A stretch of 64,000 bases of DNA, taken from assembly GCA_027491415.1 (NCBI GenBank), contig JAOZFH010000047.1, forward strand, positions 1 to 64,000, written 5' to 3'. Below the pieces are notes generated by a model. That model worked only from the letters and a program-made list of their open reading frames with translations. It was not told the DNA's origin and made no database searches. The DNA is from Thermoproteota archaeon. Its GTDB lineage: Archaea; Korarchaeota; Korarchaeia; Korarchaeales; Korarchaeaceae. The position numbers and the translations under genes were made by a program. This document shows positions 44,996 to 55,380 of the stretch, in pieces (the stretch's first letter is position 1; every line of letters begins with the position of its first letter).

Positions 44996-47548
44996 ATGGT
45001 TCTCCTTGTGGCGTCGGAGATTTCGCGTAGAGAGGCGTCTCAATTGGTGCCCGCCGCCGGGAGAGTGGGCTACCTCCTCTCAGTATACTATGAGGGGTCT
45101 GAGAGGAGGGCCGTCGCCAAGTTGTATGACCCGGAGAGCGGAGAGATCTTTCACGTCCCGGACTGGACGGGTCACAGGCCCTACCTCCTCACCGACGCGA
45201 GCCCAGAGAAGATCCAGGAGCTGGCTGGAAGGTTAGCCGCCAGGATTGCAGGGTACACTCCCACAGAGAAGTGGGACGTAGTCAGGCTCAAGATGGCTCA
45301 GCTGACTAGGGTGGAGACGAAGGACCCGCTGGCGGTCGGGGGCGAGAGAGGGGGTGGGCTGAGAGACCTCCTTGAGAAGGCCGGTCATCAGGTGTGGGAG
45401 GCTCGGATAAAGTACTATGAGAGTTACATCTACGACGTCGGGCTGATCCCCGGCCTACCTTACAAGGTTAGAGAGGATGGAGGGCTTGAGCCACTGGTCC
45501 CCGAGGACGTTCAAGTTCCACGCATCACTCACACCCTTTCAGATGAGGCAAGCCGGCGCCTCGTGGAGGATCTCGCGAGGATATTGGAGATCAGGGCTCC
45601 AAAGATGCGAAGCGTGGCCTTGGACATAGAGGTGGCCGCCGCCGAGAATCAGATCCCCTCCGCAAAAGAAGTGAAACATCCGATCATAGCCGCGGCCCTA
45701 GCCGGAGACGACGAGAACGAGGTGCATCTGCTGAGAAGGGGGACATCCGAAGTCCCAGCAGAGATCGACGGCGCCAGTGTAGTGGTGCACGAGAGCGAGG
45801 CCGAGCTGATCAGAACCATCTTGGACAAGATCTCAAGGTATCCAGTCGTGTTCACCTTCAACGGCGACGGGTTCGACATGCCTTACCTCGCTAGGAGGGC
45901 ACAGGAGCTGGGGGTGAGCCCAAAGCCAATAAGGCTCGAGCGGGATCGGGCCCTCTTGGACACCGGCGTCCACATAGACCTCTATCAGCTGTACAGCAAC
46001 AGGTCCGTGCAGGTCTACATCTTTGGGGGGAAGTACCTCGGGACCACCCTCGACGAGATAGCCCAGGCGATAGTTGGCGTGGGGAAGCTGGAGGTCGGCA
46101 GGGACTTCACCTCAATCGAGACCGCGAGACTGGCCAGCTACTGTTACAGAGACGCTAAGATCACCCACATGCTGGGAAACGTCCTGGACGGGAGGCTCAT
46201 CGACCTGCTCATGCTGTTCGCCCGTCTGAGCAAGCTCCCGCTGGAGGACGTGTCGAGGCTGGGCATCTCCCAGTGGATCAAGAACATGATCTACTTCGAG
46301 TACAGGAAGAGAGACTGGCTGATCCCCAACAAGGAGGAGATCATCCTCGTCAGGGGTGCGGAGACCTATAGCCGCGCACTGATCAAGGGAAAGAAGTACA
46401 TGGGGGCGATAGTGCTTGAGCCGGTCCCGGGCGTGCACTTCGACGTTCACGTCATGGACTTCGCGAGCCTGTACCCCAGCATAATTGCCCGGTGGGGGGT
46501 GAGCTTTGAGACCGTGAACTGCCCGCACACGGAGTGCCGTTCCAACAGGCCTGTTGAAGGGCTCCCACACTGGATATGCACCCACGATGAGGTCGGCCTC
46601 ATCCCCAAGCTAATCGGGATACTCAGGGACCTCAGGGTGGGGTGGTACAAGAGGCTAGCCAAGGACAGGAGCCTGCCGGAGGAGCAGAGGCGCTGGTATG
46701 ACGTGGTCCAGAGTGGGCTCAAGGTTCTCCTCAACGCATCTTATGGGGTCTTCGGATATGAGAACTTCCCGCTGTACTCCCCTCCGGCGGCCGAGATGAT
46801 AACCGCCCTCGCGAGGAAGGCCATGACGACCGCGCTGAGGATTGCTCGAGAACTCGGGTTGAACGTGGTGTACGGCGACACGGACTCATTGTTCATCAAG
46901 GGAGCCTCGGAGGGTGACCTGATGGCACTGGAGAGGCGGGTTGAGGAGGAGCTGGGGATCGACATAGAGCTGGAGAAGCACTACAGATACGTGATCCTCT
47001 CGAGGCTAAAGAAGAACTACTTGGGCGTGAGAGACGACGGCACCGTTGACATCAAGGGCCTGCTTGGGAAGAAGCGTAACGTCCCGGATCTTATCAGGCG
47101 GGCCTTCGCCGAGGTGATCGACATACTCAGGTCGGTTCATGACCCGGCCGACTTTGAAGGCGCCAGGAGGGAGATCAAGGAGAAGATCAGAGAGTACGTG
47201 AACCGACTCAGGAACAGGGAGTTCAGCCTCGAGGAGGTCTCGTTCAGGATGGTACTGACCAAGCCTCTAAAGTCCTACGTGAAGACGACCCCTCAACACG
47301 TAAAGGCGGCCAAGATGCTCGAGGCTAGAGGCACCCGGGTTTACCCAGGGACCGTGATTGAGTTCGTGAAGACAACGGGTCGCCAGGGCGTGAAGCCGGT
47401 TTCTCTGGCCAAGAAGGAGGAGGTGGACATCCAGAAGTACATGGAGATCATGAAGACCACTTTCGAGCAGATACTCGACGTGCTGGGCATCGACTTCGAC
47501 GAGGTAGCCGGAGGCGTCTCTGAGGAGGGGCTGGCGGCCTACTTCTGA
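44996..47548 (+). CDS. polB1: Family B DNA polymerase PolB1 (crenarchaeal DNA polymerase I type)
   Basis: TGHRPY, DPLAV, WEARIKYY..YIYD, ALDIEV, FNGDGFD, YCYRDA, DFASLYPS, NASYGVFG, YGDTDS, KKNY; true start probably slightly downstream. Confidence 0.96.
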   Translation: MVLLVASEISRREASQLVPAAGRVGYLLSVYYEGSERRAVAKLYDPESGEIFHVPDWTGHRPYLLTDASPEKIQELAGRLAARIAGYTPTEKWDVVRLKMAQLTRVETKDPLAVGGERGGGLRDLLEKAGHQVWEARIKYYESYIYDVGLIPGLPYKVREDGGLEPLVPEDVQVPRITHTLSDEASRRLVEDLARILEIRAPKMRSVALDIEVAAAENQIPSAKEVKHPIIAAALAGDDENEVHLLRRGTSEVPAEIDGASVVVHESEAELIRTILDKISRYPVVFTFNGDGFDMPYLARRAQELGVSPKPIRLERDRALLDTGVHIDLYQLYSNRSVQVYIFGGKYLGTTLDEIAQAIVGVGKLEVGRDFTSIETARLASYCYRDAKITHMLGNVLDGRLIDLLMLFARLSKLPLEDVSRLGISQWIKNMIYFEYRKRDWLIPNKEEIILVRGAETYSRALIKGKKYMGAIVLEPVPGVHFDVHVMDFASLYPSIIARWGVSFETVNCPHTECRSNRPVEGLPHWICTHDEVGLIPKLIGILRDLRVGWYKRLAKDRSLPEEQRRWYDVVQSGLKVLLNASYGVFGYENFPLYSPPAAEMITALARKAMTTALRIARELGLNVVYGDTDSLFIKGASEGDLMALERRVEEELGIDIELEKHYRYVILSRLKKNYLGVRDDGTVDIKGLLGKKRNVPDLIRRAFAEVIDILRSVHDPADFEGARREIKEKIREYVNRLRNREFSLEEVSFRMVLTKPLKSYVKTTPQHVKAAKMLEARGTRVYPGTVIEFVKTTGRQGVKPVSLAKKEEVDIQKYMEIMKTTFEQILDVLGIDFDEVAGGVSEEGLAAYF

Positions 47549-49467
47549 CTGCCCATCATCTCCTCCATGGCAGCCCTTAGCTTCCTGCTGACCACGGAAC
47601 CGTCTACTCTGCCGCGGACGACAGACATCACCCTGCCCATGAGCCTGCCGAACGCCCGCATCCCGACCCTCTGTACTACCTCACGCTCCTCGTACAGCAC
47701 CCTCCTGATTATCTCGTCAAGCTCCTCTTCGCTCATAGTGAGGCTCGCGGCCAGGTCAGAGGGGTCTAATTCGGGGTTCTCTGCGAGCTTCCTGAACACA
47801 TTGGGGATGGCCTCCTTGGCTAGGCGACCCTCCGCCACCAGCCTGAGAGTGGTCTCCAGCGCCGAGTCAGGGATCCTGTGCACAGCAACCCCCTCCCCAG
47901 CCAGCCCTCGCAGCGTCGACGTGAGAGTAGATGCTATGAACCGGGGGGACAGGCCTGAGATCTCTGAGGCGACCCTCTCAAACTGCGCAATGCGCCCATC
48001 GTCCAGCAACATGTTGGCCAGGTCCTCGGTGAGGCCGTAGTGGGTCACGAGCCTTGAGATAACCCTGTCCGGCATCTCTGGGAGACCTCTGGCAAGTATC
48101 TTCCTCACGAGAGGGCCAGTCACCACAGGTAGCACGTCCGTTTCAGGGTACATCCTGGCGGAGCCCGGGAGAGGTCTCATGAATGCCGTGTTTCCGTCCG
48201 GTAGGGCTCTTCTGGTCTCCTCAGGTACTCCGAGCGCGGCCTGCATCACCCTCCTCCTGACCGCGTCCAGCGCCAGCTTGGCCTTTTCGCCGGAGGCGAG
48301 CACCAGCACGAACGCGTCGGACCTGTCAAGTCCGGCCTCCCTGTAGAGGTAGGACAGCTCTTGCTCCGTGATCCCGTATCCCGGCAGCTCGTCTGAGTGC
48401 AGGATTCCGGCGACGCCCCCGAAGACCTTGGCATAGTCCGAGAGTTCCGTACCGAACCTCCTGTTTGGCTGAACCTCCCTCCCGAGCAGGCCGCCCATTC
48501 CAGGCAGCTTGAGGAGCAGGGCCTTGGATCCCCTGGACAGGGACCGGCGCACTAGCTTAGACTTCGATCCACTCAGATGCTCGGTCACGTCCAACGTCTC
48601 GGCCGATTCGAACGAGGAGGGGGACAGCCCCCTGGACCTCATCTCGTCACGGATTCTGAGCAGGTTCACCTGCCTGAGGGCTTCTCTCCTGACGACCTCG
48701 CTTATCAGATCGAGCTCCTGAACCCCCTTGATCTCCTGCCTGGCGCCCCCCTCCACGCTCACGTTGAGATCCTGCCTTATGCTCCCAATCCCCCTCTGGA
48801 CCCTGCCCGTGGCTCTCAGTATGCGGCCAAGCTTCAGCGCGGCCTCCCTCGCCTGGTCCGGGGACCTGATGTCGGCCCCAGTGGCCAGCTCTATCAGGGG
48901 AATGCCGAGCCTGTCCAGCCTGTATCGGGCCCCCTGTGGCGTGGTCTCCACGATATAGGCAGATTCCTCCTCCAAGCACAGGGTAGAGAGCCTGACATCC
49001 CCCTCCGAAGTCTCGATCGCGCTCTTCTCCCCACCGAGGGCCACCAGGGCCGTGCGCTGGAACCCCGTGGTGTTGCTCCCATCAACCACTATCTTCCTCA
49101 TGACATGGACCTCGTCCACGACATCCATGTTCAGCATCAGGGCGACCTCTATGGAGACCTCTAGGGCCTCCAAGTTTAGGGGGAGGGGCGGCGCCTCATC
49201 GAGCTCGACCTCGCAGGTGCTGTCGGAGTAGGCGCCGTACTCAAACACCCTGGCCCTGAGCGTCTCAAACCTGGCAGCCGGATCTATGGACCCCAGCTCG
49301 CTGTAGGAGACGCGGAGCCTCCTCCTGACCCAAAGGTGGGGTTCATCGTGCCTCATGAGGGGAGGGCAGTGACAGAACAGCTTCTCCCTCGTGGCCAGCC
49401 TCTGGTGAATCTCTATTCCGACCCTGAGCCCCAGCTCGCGGTAGTCGAGGTCAGCCAACTCGGGCAC
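47539..49467 (-). CDS. gatE: Glu-tRNA(Gln) amidotransferase subunit E
   Basis: GIEIHQ, KLFC, MRKIVVDGSNTTGFQRT, LEEE, DRLGIPLIE, GSIRQD.NVS, RPLPGSARMYPETD. Confidence 0.97.
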   Translation of the reverse strand: MPELADLDYRELGLRVGIEIHQRLATREKLFCHCPPLMRHDEPHLWVRRRLRVSYSELGSIDPAARFETLRARVFEYGAYSDSTCEVELDEAPPLPLNLEALEVSIEVALMLNMDVVDEVHVMRKIVVDGSNTTGFQRTALVALGGEKSAIETSEGDVRLSTLCLEEESAYIVETTPQGARYRLDRLGIPLIELATGADIRSPDQAREAALKLGRILRATGRVQRGIGSIRQDLNVSVEGGARQEIKGVQELDLISEVVRREALRQVNLLRIRDEMRSRGLSPSSFESAETLDVTEHLSGSKSKLVRRSLSRGSKALLLKLPGMGGLLGREVQPNRRFGTELSDYAKVFGGVAGILHSDELPGYGITEQELSYLYREAGLDRSDAFVLVLASGEKAKLALDAVRRRVMQAALGVPEETRRALPDGNTAFMRPLPGSARMYPETDVLPVVTGPLVRKILARGLPEMPDRVISRLVTHYGLTEDLANMLLDDGRIAQFERVASEISGLSPRFIASTLTSTLRGLAGEGVAVHRIPDSALETTLRLVAEGRLAKEAIPNVFRKLAENPELDPSDLAASLTMSEEELDEIIRRVLYEEREVVQRVGMRAFGRLMGRVMSVVRGRVDGSVVSRKLRAAMEEMMGSQK

Positions 49468-50830
49468 CTCCCGAGAAGCAGGGCGGATAAGCCGAAGGGC
49501 TGATGGTCTCCGTCAGCTCGCCCACTTGGCTGGTGGTCATGAACCTCCTGAGGTCCTCGCCCTCCATGCCCCTGCCCAAGGCTACCATGAGCTTCACCGT
49601 GGCCACCTCAGGGAGCGTGTCGGCCGCCGGTATCACGCCGGCCTGGAGCATCCTCCTGCCCGTGGCGTAGACCTTCAGATCCACTCTCCCAAACAGGCAC
49701 TGGGAAGTCACCACCACGGGGATTCCGGAGTCCACTATCGCCCCTATCTCGTCGACGATTCTATTTGGGACGTGTCCAAGCCCAGTCCCGGCCATGACTA
49801 TCCCTCTGTAGCCCGACGAGACTACTGCTTCCAAGAAGCCCCGTTCAATTCCTGGCCAGGCGTGGACCAGCGCGACGCGCGGCTCGATCTCGACCCTGGC
49901 CACCACCTCGGTGGGTTCGCTCGGCCTCCTCCTGAACCTGGGGTTCAGTATCTCTATACTCTTCTCGGTCACCCTTGCTAGGGGGGCCTCGTTCACCGAC
50001 ATGAAGGCGTCTCTCCTGGAGGTGTGCATCTTCCTCGCCCTGACTCCCCTGATCACCCAGGCGAAGTCGTCCGAGGTGCTGCCGTGCATGACTATAACGG
50101 ACTCCGCCATTGGCCCCTCGGCCGCTACCCTGACGGCCGCGGTGACATTCAGGACCGCGTCCGTGCTAGGTCGATCTATCGACCTCTGCGAGCCGACCAG
50201 CACCACGGGTCCAGTCAGGCCCTCCAGCATGAGGGCCAGCGCGGACGCCGTGTAGTGCATTGTGTCTGTTCCGTGGGCCACCACGACCCCGCTCGCTCCG
50301 GAGTTCAACTCCTCAGCCACCTTATTCGCTATCCTGCCCCACTCCTCTGGTCTGATGTCCTCGCTGAGCTTCGCCATCAGTGGGACGTAGGAGACGTTCG
50401 CCAGCTCGGCGATCTCAGGAACGAGGTCGATGAGTTCTTCGGGAGTCTCGGTGGGCTTAACCGCGCCTGTGGAGTAGTCGACTCTGGAGGCTATGGTGCC
50501 ACCCGTCACCACGATAGGGACTGATGGGAGACCCTCTCTGGGGGACACTCTCGGGGGAGAGGGCCTCTCGGGCGGTCTCGCTCTGCCCAGCACCTCGACG
50601 GAGGAGATCTTCTCTACGTCGATTCCCACGTTGTACCCGTTGGACATCTTCAGGACGACGTGGAGGTCGTCCAGAATCTCGGGCCTGGGCATTAGGATGC
50701 CCTCATAGATCCTCCTTCCCGCGGTAACCCTCAGCAGGTCGTAGTCCTTGGCTCCGGCTGACTCCAACAGCTCTCTGGCTCTTCCAGAGTAAGAGAGGTT
50801 CATCCCGTAGGGTCGCCCCTTGGTCAACAA
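49451..50830 (-). CDS. gatD: Glu-tRNA(Gln) amidotransferase subunit D
   Basis: K..NGYNVG, TGGTIASRVDY.TG, HGTDTMHY, GSQRS.DRPS, RKMHTSRRDAF, GTGLGH; start may be ATG 50803. Confidence 0.97.
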   Translation of the reverse strand: MLTKGRPYGMNLSYSGRARELLESAGAKDYDLLRVTAGRRIYEGILMPRPEILDDLHVVLKMSNGYNVGIDVEKISSVEVLGRARPPERPSPPRVSPREGLPSVPIVVTGGTIASRVDYSTGAVKPTETPEELIDLVPEIAELANVSYVPLMAKLSEDIRPEEWGRIANKVAEELNSGASGVVVAHGTDTMHYTASALALMLEGLTGPVVLVGSQRSIDRPSTDAVLNVTAAVRVAAEGPMAESVIVMHGSTSDDFAWVIRGVRARKMHTSRRDAFMSVNEAPLARVTEKSIEILNPRFRRRPSEPTEVVARVEIEPRVALVHAWPGIERGFLEAVVSSGYRGIVMAGTGLGHVPNRIVDEIGAIVDSGIPVVVTSQCLFGRVDLKVYATGRRMLQAGVIPAADTLPEVATVKLMVALGRGMEGEDLRRFMTTSQVGELTETISPSAYPPCFSGGARVG

Positions 50831-50842
50831 AAACGGTGTCGG

Positions 50843-52081
50843 TCACCGATCGCTCCGCGACGCTCCACCTCGCCCAAGCTTCGCGTGACTGCGGGCGAGC
50901 GAACCCTCGGCCAGAGAAGCTAGCAGGGAGAGTTCTCCTGCGAGCGCCGTCGCGGCCACGATCTCCGCGAACTTCCGTGCGTTGGAGCCGGGGGGGTCCC
51001 CCCCTCCTGCGCAACCCAGCGACTCAAGCGCGGCCCTCGCGTAGGGCAGCCTAGTGCCACCCCCCACGGTGCCGACCTCTAGAGATGGGAGGGTCAAGGA
51101 CACGTACACTCCGTCCTCCCACCGCTCGACCGTGGTGATCCCCGTGCTCGACTCCACCACCTGAGCTGGATCTTGGCCATACGCTATGAACATGGCGGCT
51201 ACGACATTCGCGACGTTGGCGTTGAAGCCGCCCAGGGTCCCTGCCACCGACGACCCGAGCTGGTTCTTCCTCCAGCTGACCTCTACGAGCCTCTCTGGCG
51301 TGGTCTTCAGCCTCTTGTGCAGGAGTTCCGATGGGATGAAGGCCTCCGCCACGACGGTCTTTCCGCGGCCGGTGATCCAGTTCACGGCTGCCGCCTTCTT
51401 GTCGGAGCACACGTTCCCGCTGAGCGCCACTGGATCTATGTCCGGGAACAGCTCTGATATCCCCCTGACTATTCTGTCGGCCGACAGGGTGACCATGTTC
51501 ATGCCCATGGCGTCCCCCGTCTCGAACACGAGCCTGAGGAAGACCGTCCGGCCGGCCTGGAGAGGCTGAACCTGCTTTAGCCTCCCGTGCCTAGTGACCT
51601 CCCTAACCCATTCGGCGAGTTGATCGCTGTTCTGAACTGCCCACTCCGCAAGTTCGGCCGCTCTGGTCGCGTTAGGTGCGACAAAGGCCGGAGCTCGGGC
51701 CATACCGTCTCGGAGCACCTTAGTCTTTGCTCCTCCAGCCATGGTTATCGTCGTGGCCCCCCTGTTCACTGATGCAACCAGCGCCCCCTCGGTCGTCGCC
51801 AGCAGCGGGTAGAACGTCCCCCTCGCGTAGTCCCCCTCGACTGTCAGCGGCCCTACGACGCCCACCGGCACGCTGACCTCCCCGATCGGGTTCTCGATGT
51901 TCCAGCCGACGAGCTTGTTGAAGTCGAGCCTCGCCCGGCGGAGCGGTCCCAAGTCGACCCCTGTGAGCCGCTCCAAGAAGGCCAGCCTCACATCCGCGGC
52001 GGCGTTAGAGTCGCCCAGCTCAGAGTCCAGGTTCCTTAGCCTGATCTCGCCCGAGAGCAGCCTCCTCAGTAGGTCTTCCAA
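50843..52081 (-). CDS. hmgA: HMG-CoA reductase (class I, NADPH)
   Basis: ENPIG, ATTEGALVAS, TGDAMGMNM, SGN.C.DKK, GQDPAQVVES, VGTVGGGT, GELS, H..LGR. Confidence 0.97.
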   Translation of the reverse strand: MEDLLRRLLSGEIRLRNLDSELGDSNAAADVRLAFLERLTGVDLGPLRRARLDFNKLVGWNIENPIGEVSVPVGVVGPLTVEGDYARGTFYPLLATTEGALVASVNRGATTITMAGGAKTKVLRDGMARAPAFVAPNATRAAELAEWAVQNSDQLAEWVREVTRHGRLKQVQPLQAGRTVFLRLVFETGDAMGMNMVTLSADRIVRGISELFPDIDPVALSGNVCSDKKAAAVNWITGRGKTVVAEAFIPSELLHKRLKTTPERLVEVSWRKNQLGSSVAGTLGGFNANVANVVAAMFIAYGQDPAQVVESSTGITTVERWEDGVYVSLTLPSLEVGTVGGGTRLPYARAALESLGCAGGGDPPGSNARKFAEIVAATALAGELSLLASLAEGSLARSHAKLGRGGASRSDR

Positions 52082-52087
52082 TCGACC

Positions 52088-52501
52088 TCACCGCTCGAGC
52101 ACTGGCCTGAACTTCAGGCCGTAGGCCACTGGGCCCCCGTGGCCTCCGACCCTAACCTTCCTCAGCACCGCCTCGACCTCCATGCCCTGGGTGACCTCCT
52201 CGGGGTCGACGTCGGTTAGCTGTGAGAAGATCCTAGTTCCGTCCTCCAGCTCGATCAGCGCAAGTACGTAGGGCGTGTAGAACTCGTACCCCCGGGGGGC
52301 AGAGTGGACCACTGCGTGCTGGAGGACCCTCCCTCGCCTCGGCAGCCTAACCCTGCTCACGTTCCTTGACCCGCACCTCGGACAGACCTGCCTCGGCGGC
52401 AGGGAGCGGAACCCGCAGTCGTGACACTCAAAGCCCTCGAGCCTGTAGCGGGAGGGCATCTCACGCTTGATTGGCGGTATGCTCGGATTGAACGCCCACA
52501 T
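52088..52501 (-). CDS. DUF35 zinc-ribbon/OB-fold scaffold of thiolase/HMG-CoA synthase complex
   Basis: RYRLEG..C..CG....PPR..CP.CG, PY, QLTD, YG.KFRP; position after thiolase. Confidence 0.95.
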   Translation of the reverse strand: MWAFNPSIPPIKREMPSRYRLEGFECHDCGFRSLPPRQVCPRCGSRNVSRVRLPRRGRVLQHAVVHSAPRGYEFYTPYVLALIELEDGTRIFSQLTDVDPEEVTQGMEVEAVLRKVRVGGHGGPVAYGLKFRPVLER

Positions 52502-52502
52502 C

Positions 52503-53669
52503 TTAGCTCACCCTCCTAAGGATCGTCACCACGACGTTGGACCCGGTGCCCCCGACATTCATGGCGGCGCCCAGCTCCGGGCTCCCCGCCTGGGCCGGGC
52601 CCGCCCTGCCAGACAGCTGCCTATAGAGTTCCACGAACTGATACACCCCAGTGGCCCCAACGGGGTGCCCTCTGGCCTTGAGGCCCCCCTCTGGATTGAC
52701 CGGAAGGCTCCCCGACCTATCGGCGTCGCCTGACTCTATGAGCCTGCTGGCCTTGCCCGGCTCCACGACGCCCAGCGCCTCTAGGTTCAGGTAGCCCATC
52801 ACGCTGAACGCGTCGTGCACTTCCAAGACCTGCAGATCTCTCGGGGTCACCTCGGCCATCTCCATGGCCCTCTTTGCGGCCAACTTTGCTCCCTTGAGCT
52901 CCACAAGGTCCTCCCGGGTGTACAGCGCCATGGCGTCGGTCGCGGATCCGAAGCCCACGAGAGCCACGGAAATCCCCTCTCCGTCCCTTCTCTCGCTGGC
53001 GGAGAGGACGGCGGCCGCGGACCCGTCTCCCATCGGGGCGGAGTCCAGCAGCTTGATCGGGTCGGCGATCTTCGGGGAGGAGAGGTAGGCCTCCATCGTT
53101 ATCGGAAACCTCAGCTGGGCATATGGAACGTCCGATGCGTTCTTGTGCATCAGAATTGGCATCCATCCAAAGTCCTCCTCCTTCAGCCCGTACCTCTGGG
53201 CGTAGGCCCTCATGATCAGCGCGTTCAGAGACACGAAGGAGGCCCCCCAGAACAGCTCGTAGTCGGCCTCTGAGGCCGTGGCCAGGGCAGAGGTCACGTC
53301 CTCCGTGGCCGTCATGTCAGACATCTTCTCCACTCCGACCACGAGCACGCGGTCGAAGAGGCCAGACTTGATCGCCATGGCCGCGCTGACCACTGCGGCG
53401 CCGCCGGAGGCGCAGGCCGCCTCGACCTTGAATGCGGGGACTCCCGACAGGCCGAGGTAGTCCGCCACGTATGAGCCGAGATTCTCCTGTGCATTCAGGA
53501 TGCCTGACATCATGTTTCCGACGAACACCGCATCCACGCTCTCGACGCCAGCTTCCTCCATGGCGGCCAGGCCGGCCTCGACCGCCAGATCCCTCAGCCC
53601 CTTGTCCCACAGGTTTCCTATCTTCGTGAGACCAGACCCGATCACGTAGACCTCCCGCATCATCAGCAC
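52503..53669 (-). CDS. Acetoacetyl-CoA thiolase (archaeal)
   Basis: EAACASG, GVEKM, DGSAA, EVHDAF, GGLKARGHPVGATG, NVGG. Confidence 0.95.
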   Translation of the reverse strand: MLMMREVYVIGSGLTKIGNLWDKGLRDLAVEAGLAAMEEAGVESVDAVFVGNMMSGILNAQENLGSYVADYLGLSGVPAFKVEAACASGGAAVVSAAMAIKSGLFDRVLVVGVEKMSDMTATEDVTSALATASEADYELFWGASFVSLNALIMRAYAQRYGLKEEDFGWMPILMHKNASDVPYAQLRFPITMEAYLSSPKIADPIKLLDSAPMGDGSAAAVLSASERRDGEGISVALVGFGSATDAMALYTREDLVELKGAKLAAKRAMEMAEVTPRDLQVLEVHDAFSVMGYLNLEALGVVEPGKASRLIESGDADRSGSLPVNPEGGLKARGHPVGATGVYQFVELYRQLSGRAGPAQAGSPELGAAMNVGGTGSNVVVTILRRVS

Positions 53670-53673
53670 CCCC

Positions 53674-54750
53674 TCAGTAGGCTCCCACGTCTGAGGGCAT
53701 CACGTACATCCTCATGCTCCTGGCGTAGTAGGGATAGTCCACGTACACCTTCCTCCTGAGGTAAACCTCCAGCCTCGGAGCGCGGTCTCTGGCCTCGACT
53801 ATCCTATCCCTCACCTCGATGTGGAAGGCGTCGCTGCCGGCTCCAGAGCCGAAAGACACCACGAGAATCTTGGCGCCGGGCTCCGCAACGTCGAGGACCG
53901 CGGAGAGCCCCACCAGGGAGGAGCCGCTGTAGGTGTTCCCGATGATAGGGGTTATCAGGCCCGGCTCTATTTGCTCCTTGGTGAAGCCAAGCTTCTTGCC
54001 GACCCTCTTCGGGAACTTTCCGTTGGGCTGGTGAAACACAACGAAGTCGTAGTCCTGTGGAGTGGTTCCCATCTCCTCCATCAGGGCCTTGGCCGCCGAC
54101 ATGATGTGGTGGAAGTAGGCCGGCTCTCCGGTGAAGGCCCTGGCGTGGGACGGATACTTCATGTGCGCCCTCCTCCAGAAGTCCGGGGTATCCGTGACGT
54201 ATGAGTAGGAGGCGACGATCTCCGCGACGGACTCCTCCGCCGGCCCGAGCACGAACGCGGCCCCTCCTGCCGAGGCCGTGTACTCCAGGGGATCACCCGG
54301 CGCCCCCTGAGACGTGTCGGCTCCTACAGCCAGCCCGTACTTGATCATACCAGATCCGACCAACCCCGTGACCGCCTGGATGGCCTCCGTCCCTGCCTTG
54401 CATGCGAACTCGAAGTCCGCTCCCGTCGTCGCCCCGCTCGCCCCTATGGCCTCCGCCAGTATGGTTGAGGTGGGCTTCACGGCGTAGGGCTTAGACTCGG
54501 TGCCGACGTAGACCGCTCCAAGCTCTGACGGGTCTATTCCCGCCCTGGCGATCGCGTTTTGAGCTGCCTCATACGCTATGGTGAGGGTGTCCTCGTCCAG
54601 GCCAGGGACGCTCTTCTCCGTGACCATCAGACCAGAGGCGTACCTCTTGTAGTCGCGCCCCCAGGCCTGAGCCAGGTCCTCCTCCTTAATACGGTACCGG
54701 GGGACGTACGCTCCCCAGCCCACGATGCCCACGGGCCTCTGAGGCTTCAA
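53674..54750 (-). CDS. Hydroxymethylglutaryl-CoA synthase (archaeal)
   Basis: [57 protein letters not shown]. Confidence 0.96.
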   Translation of the reverse strand: MKPQRPVGIVGWGAYVPRYRIKEEDLAQAWGRDYKRYASGLMVTEKSVPGLDEDTLTIAYEAAQNAIARAGIDPSELGAVYVGTESKPYAVKPTSTILAEAIGASGATTGADFEFACKAGTEAIQAVTGLVGSGMIKYGLAVGADTSQGAPGDPLEYTASAGGAAFVLGPAEESVAEIVASYSYVTDTPDFWRRAHMKYPSHARAFTGEPAYFHHIMSAAKALMEEMGTTPQDYDFVVFHQPNGKFPKRVGKKLGFTKEQIEPGLITPIIGNTYSGSSLVGLSAVLDVAEPGAKILVVSFGSGAGSDAFHIEVRDRIVEARDRAPRLEVYLRRKVYVDYPYYARSMRMYVMPSDVGAY

Positions 54751-55376
54751 GTCGTCTCACCTCTGGAAACCTCGTTGTACCCCATCCAGAAGGCCCTCTC
54801 GTTCTCCTCGAGGGCAAACTTGGGGACTCTCGCCTTGACGGCCTCGACCAACTCGTCTGGACCGATCGGGATGACGCCCGTGGCCGACAGGGCGCCCAGC
54901 ATCACCACGTTGACCGTTCGGGGGTTGCCCGCCCTTATGGCCAAGGAGGCGGCGTCTATCACGTAGATCCTTTCGGGCTCCAGCCTGCTCTCCAAGACTT
55001 CGAGCAGGTCCTCCCTCCCAGGATACCTCACGTGCCCCGTGAAGTGCGCGAGCGGGTACATGAGAGCGTTGTTCACTACGAGTATTCCGTCGTCTGGCTT
55101 GAGCAGGCGCAGGTGCCTAGCCGCCTCCGACATCTCGAACCCAACGACTGCATTGGCCCGGCCCGGGGGGATCTTCGGGCTGTAGACCGCGCTCCCCATC
55201 CTCACGTGGCTGTAGACCGAGCCCTCCCTCTGGGCAAGGCCGTGAACGTTGGCTATCCTCACGTTGAGGCCAGCCTTCATTGCGGCTAGGCCGAGCGCGT
55301 CGGACGCCACGACGACTCCCTGCCCTCCCACCCCGGCGAGGACCACATTCACTTCGTCTACCTTGGCGGATGCCAT
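54747..55376 (-). CDS. iorB: Indolepyruvate:ferredoxin oxidoreductase subunit beta
   Basis: [27 protein letters not shown]....NVVMLGAL; ATG 55376 (track ORF is over-extended). Confidence 0.93.
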   Translation of the reverse strand: MASAKVDEVNVVLAGVGGQGVVVASDALGLAAMKAGLNVRIANVHGLAQREGSVYSHVRMGSAVYSPKIPPGRANAVVGFEMSEAARHLRLLKPDDGILVVNNALMYPLAHFTGHVRYPGREDLLEVLESRLEPERIYVIDAASLAIRAGNPRTVNVVMLGALSATGVIPIGPDELVEAVKARVPKFALEENERAFWMGYNEVSRGETT

Positions 55377-55380
55377 GGGC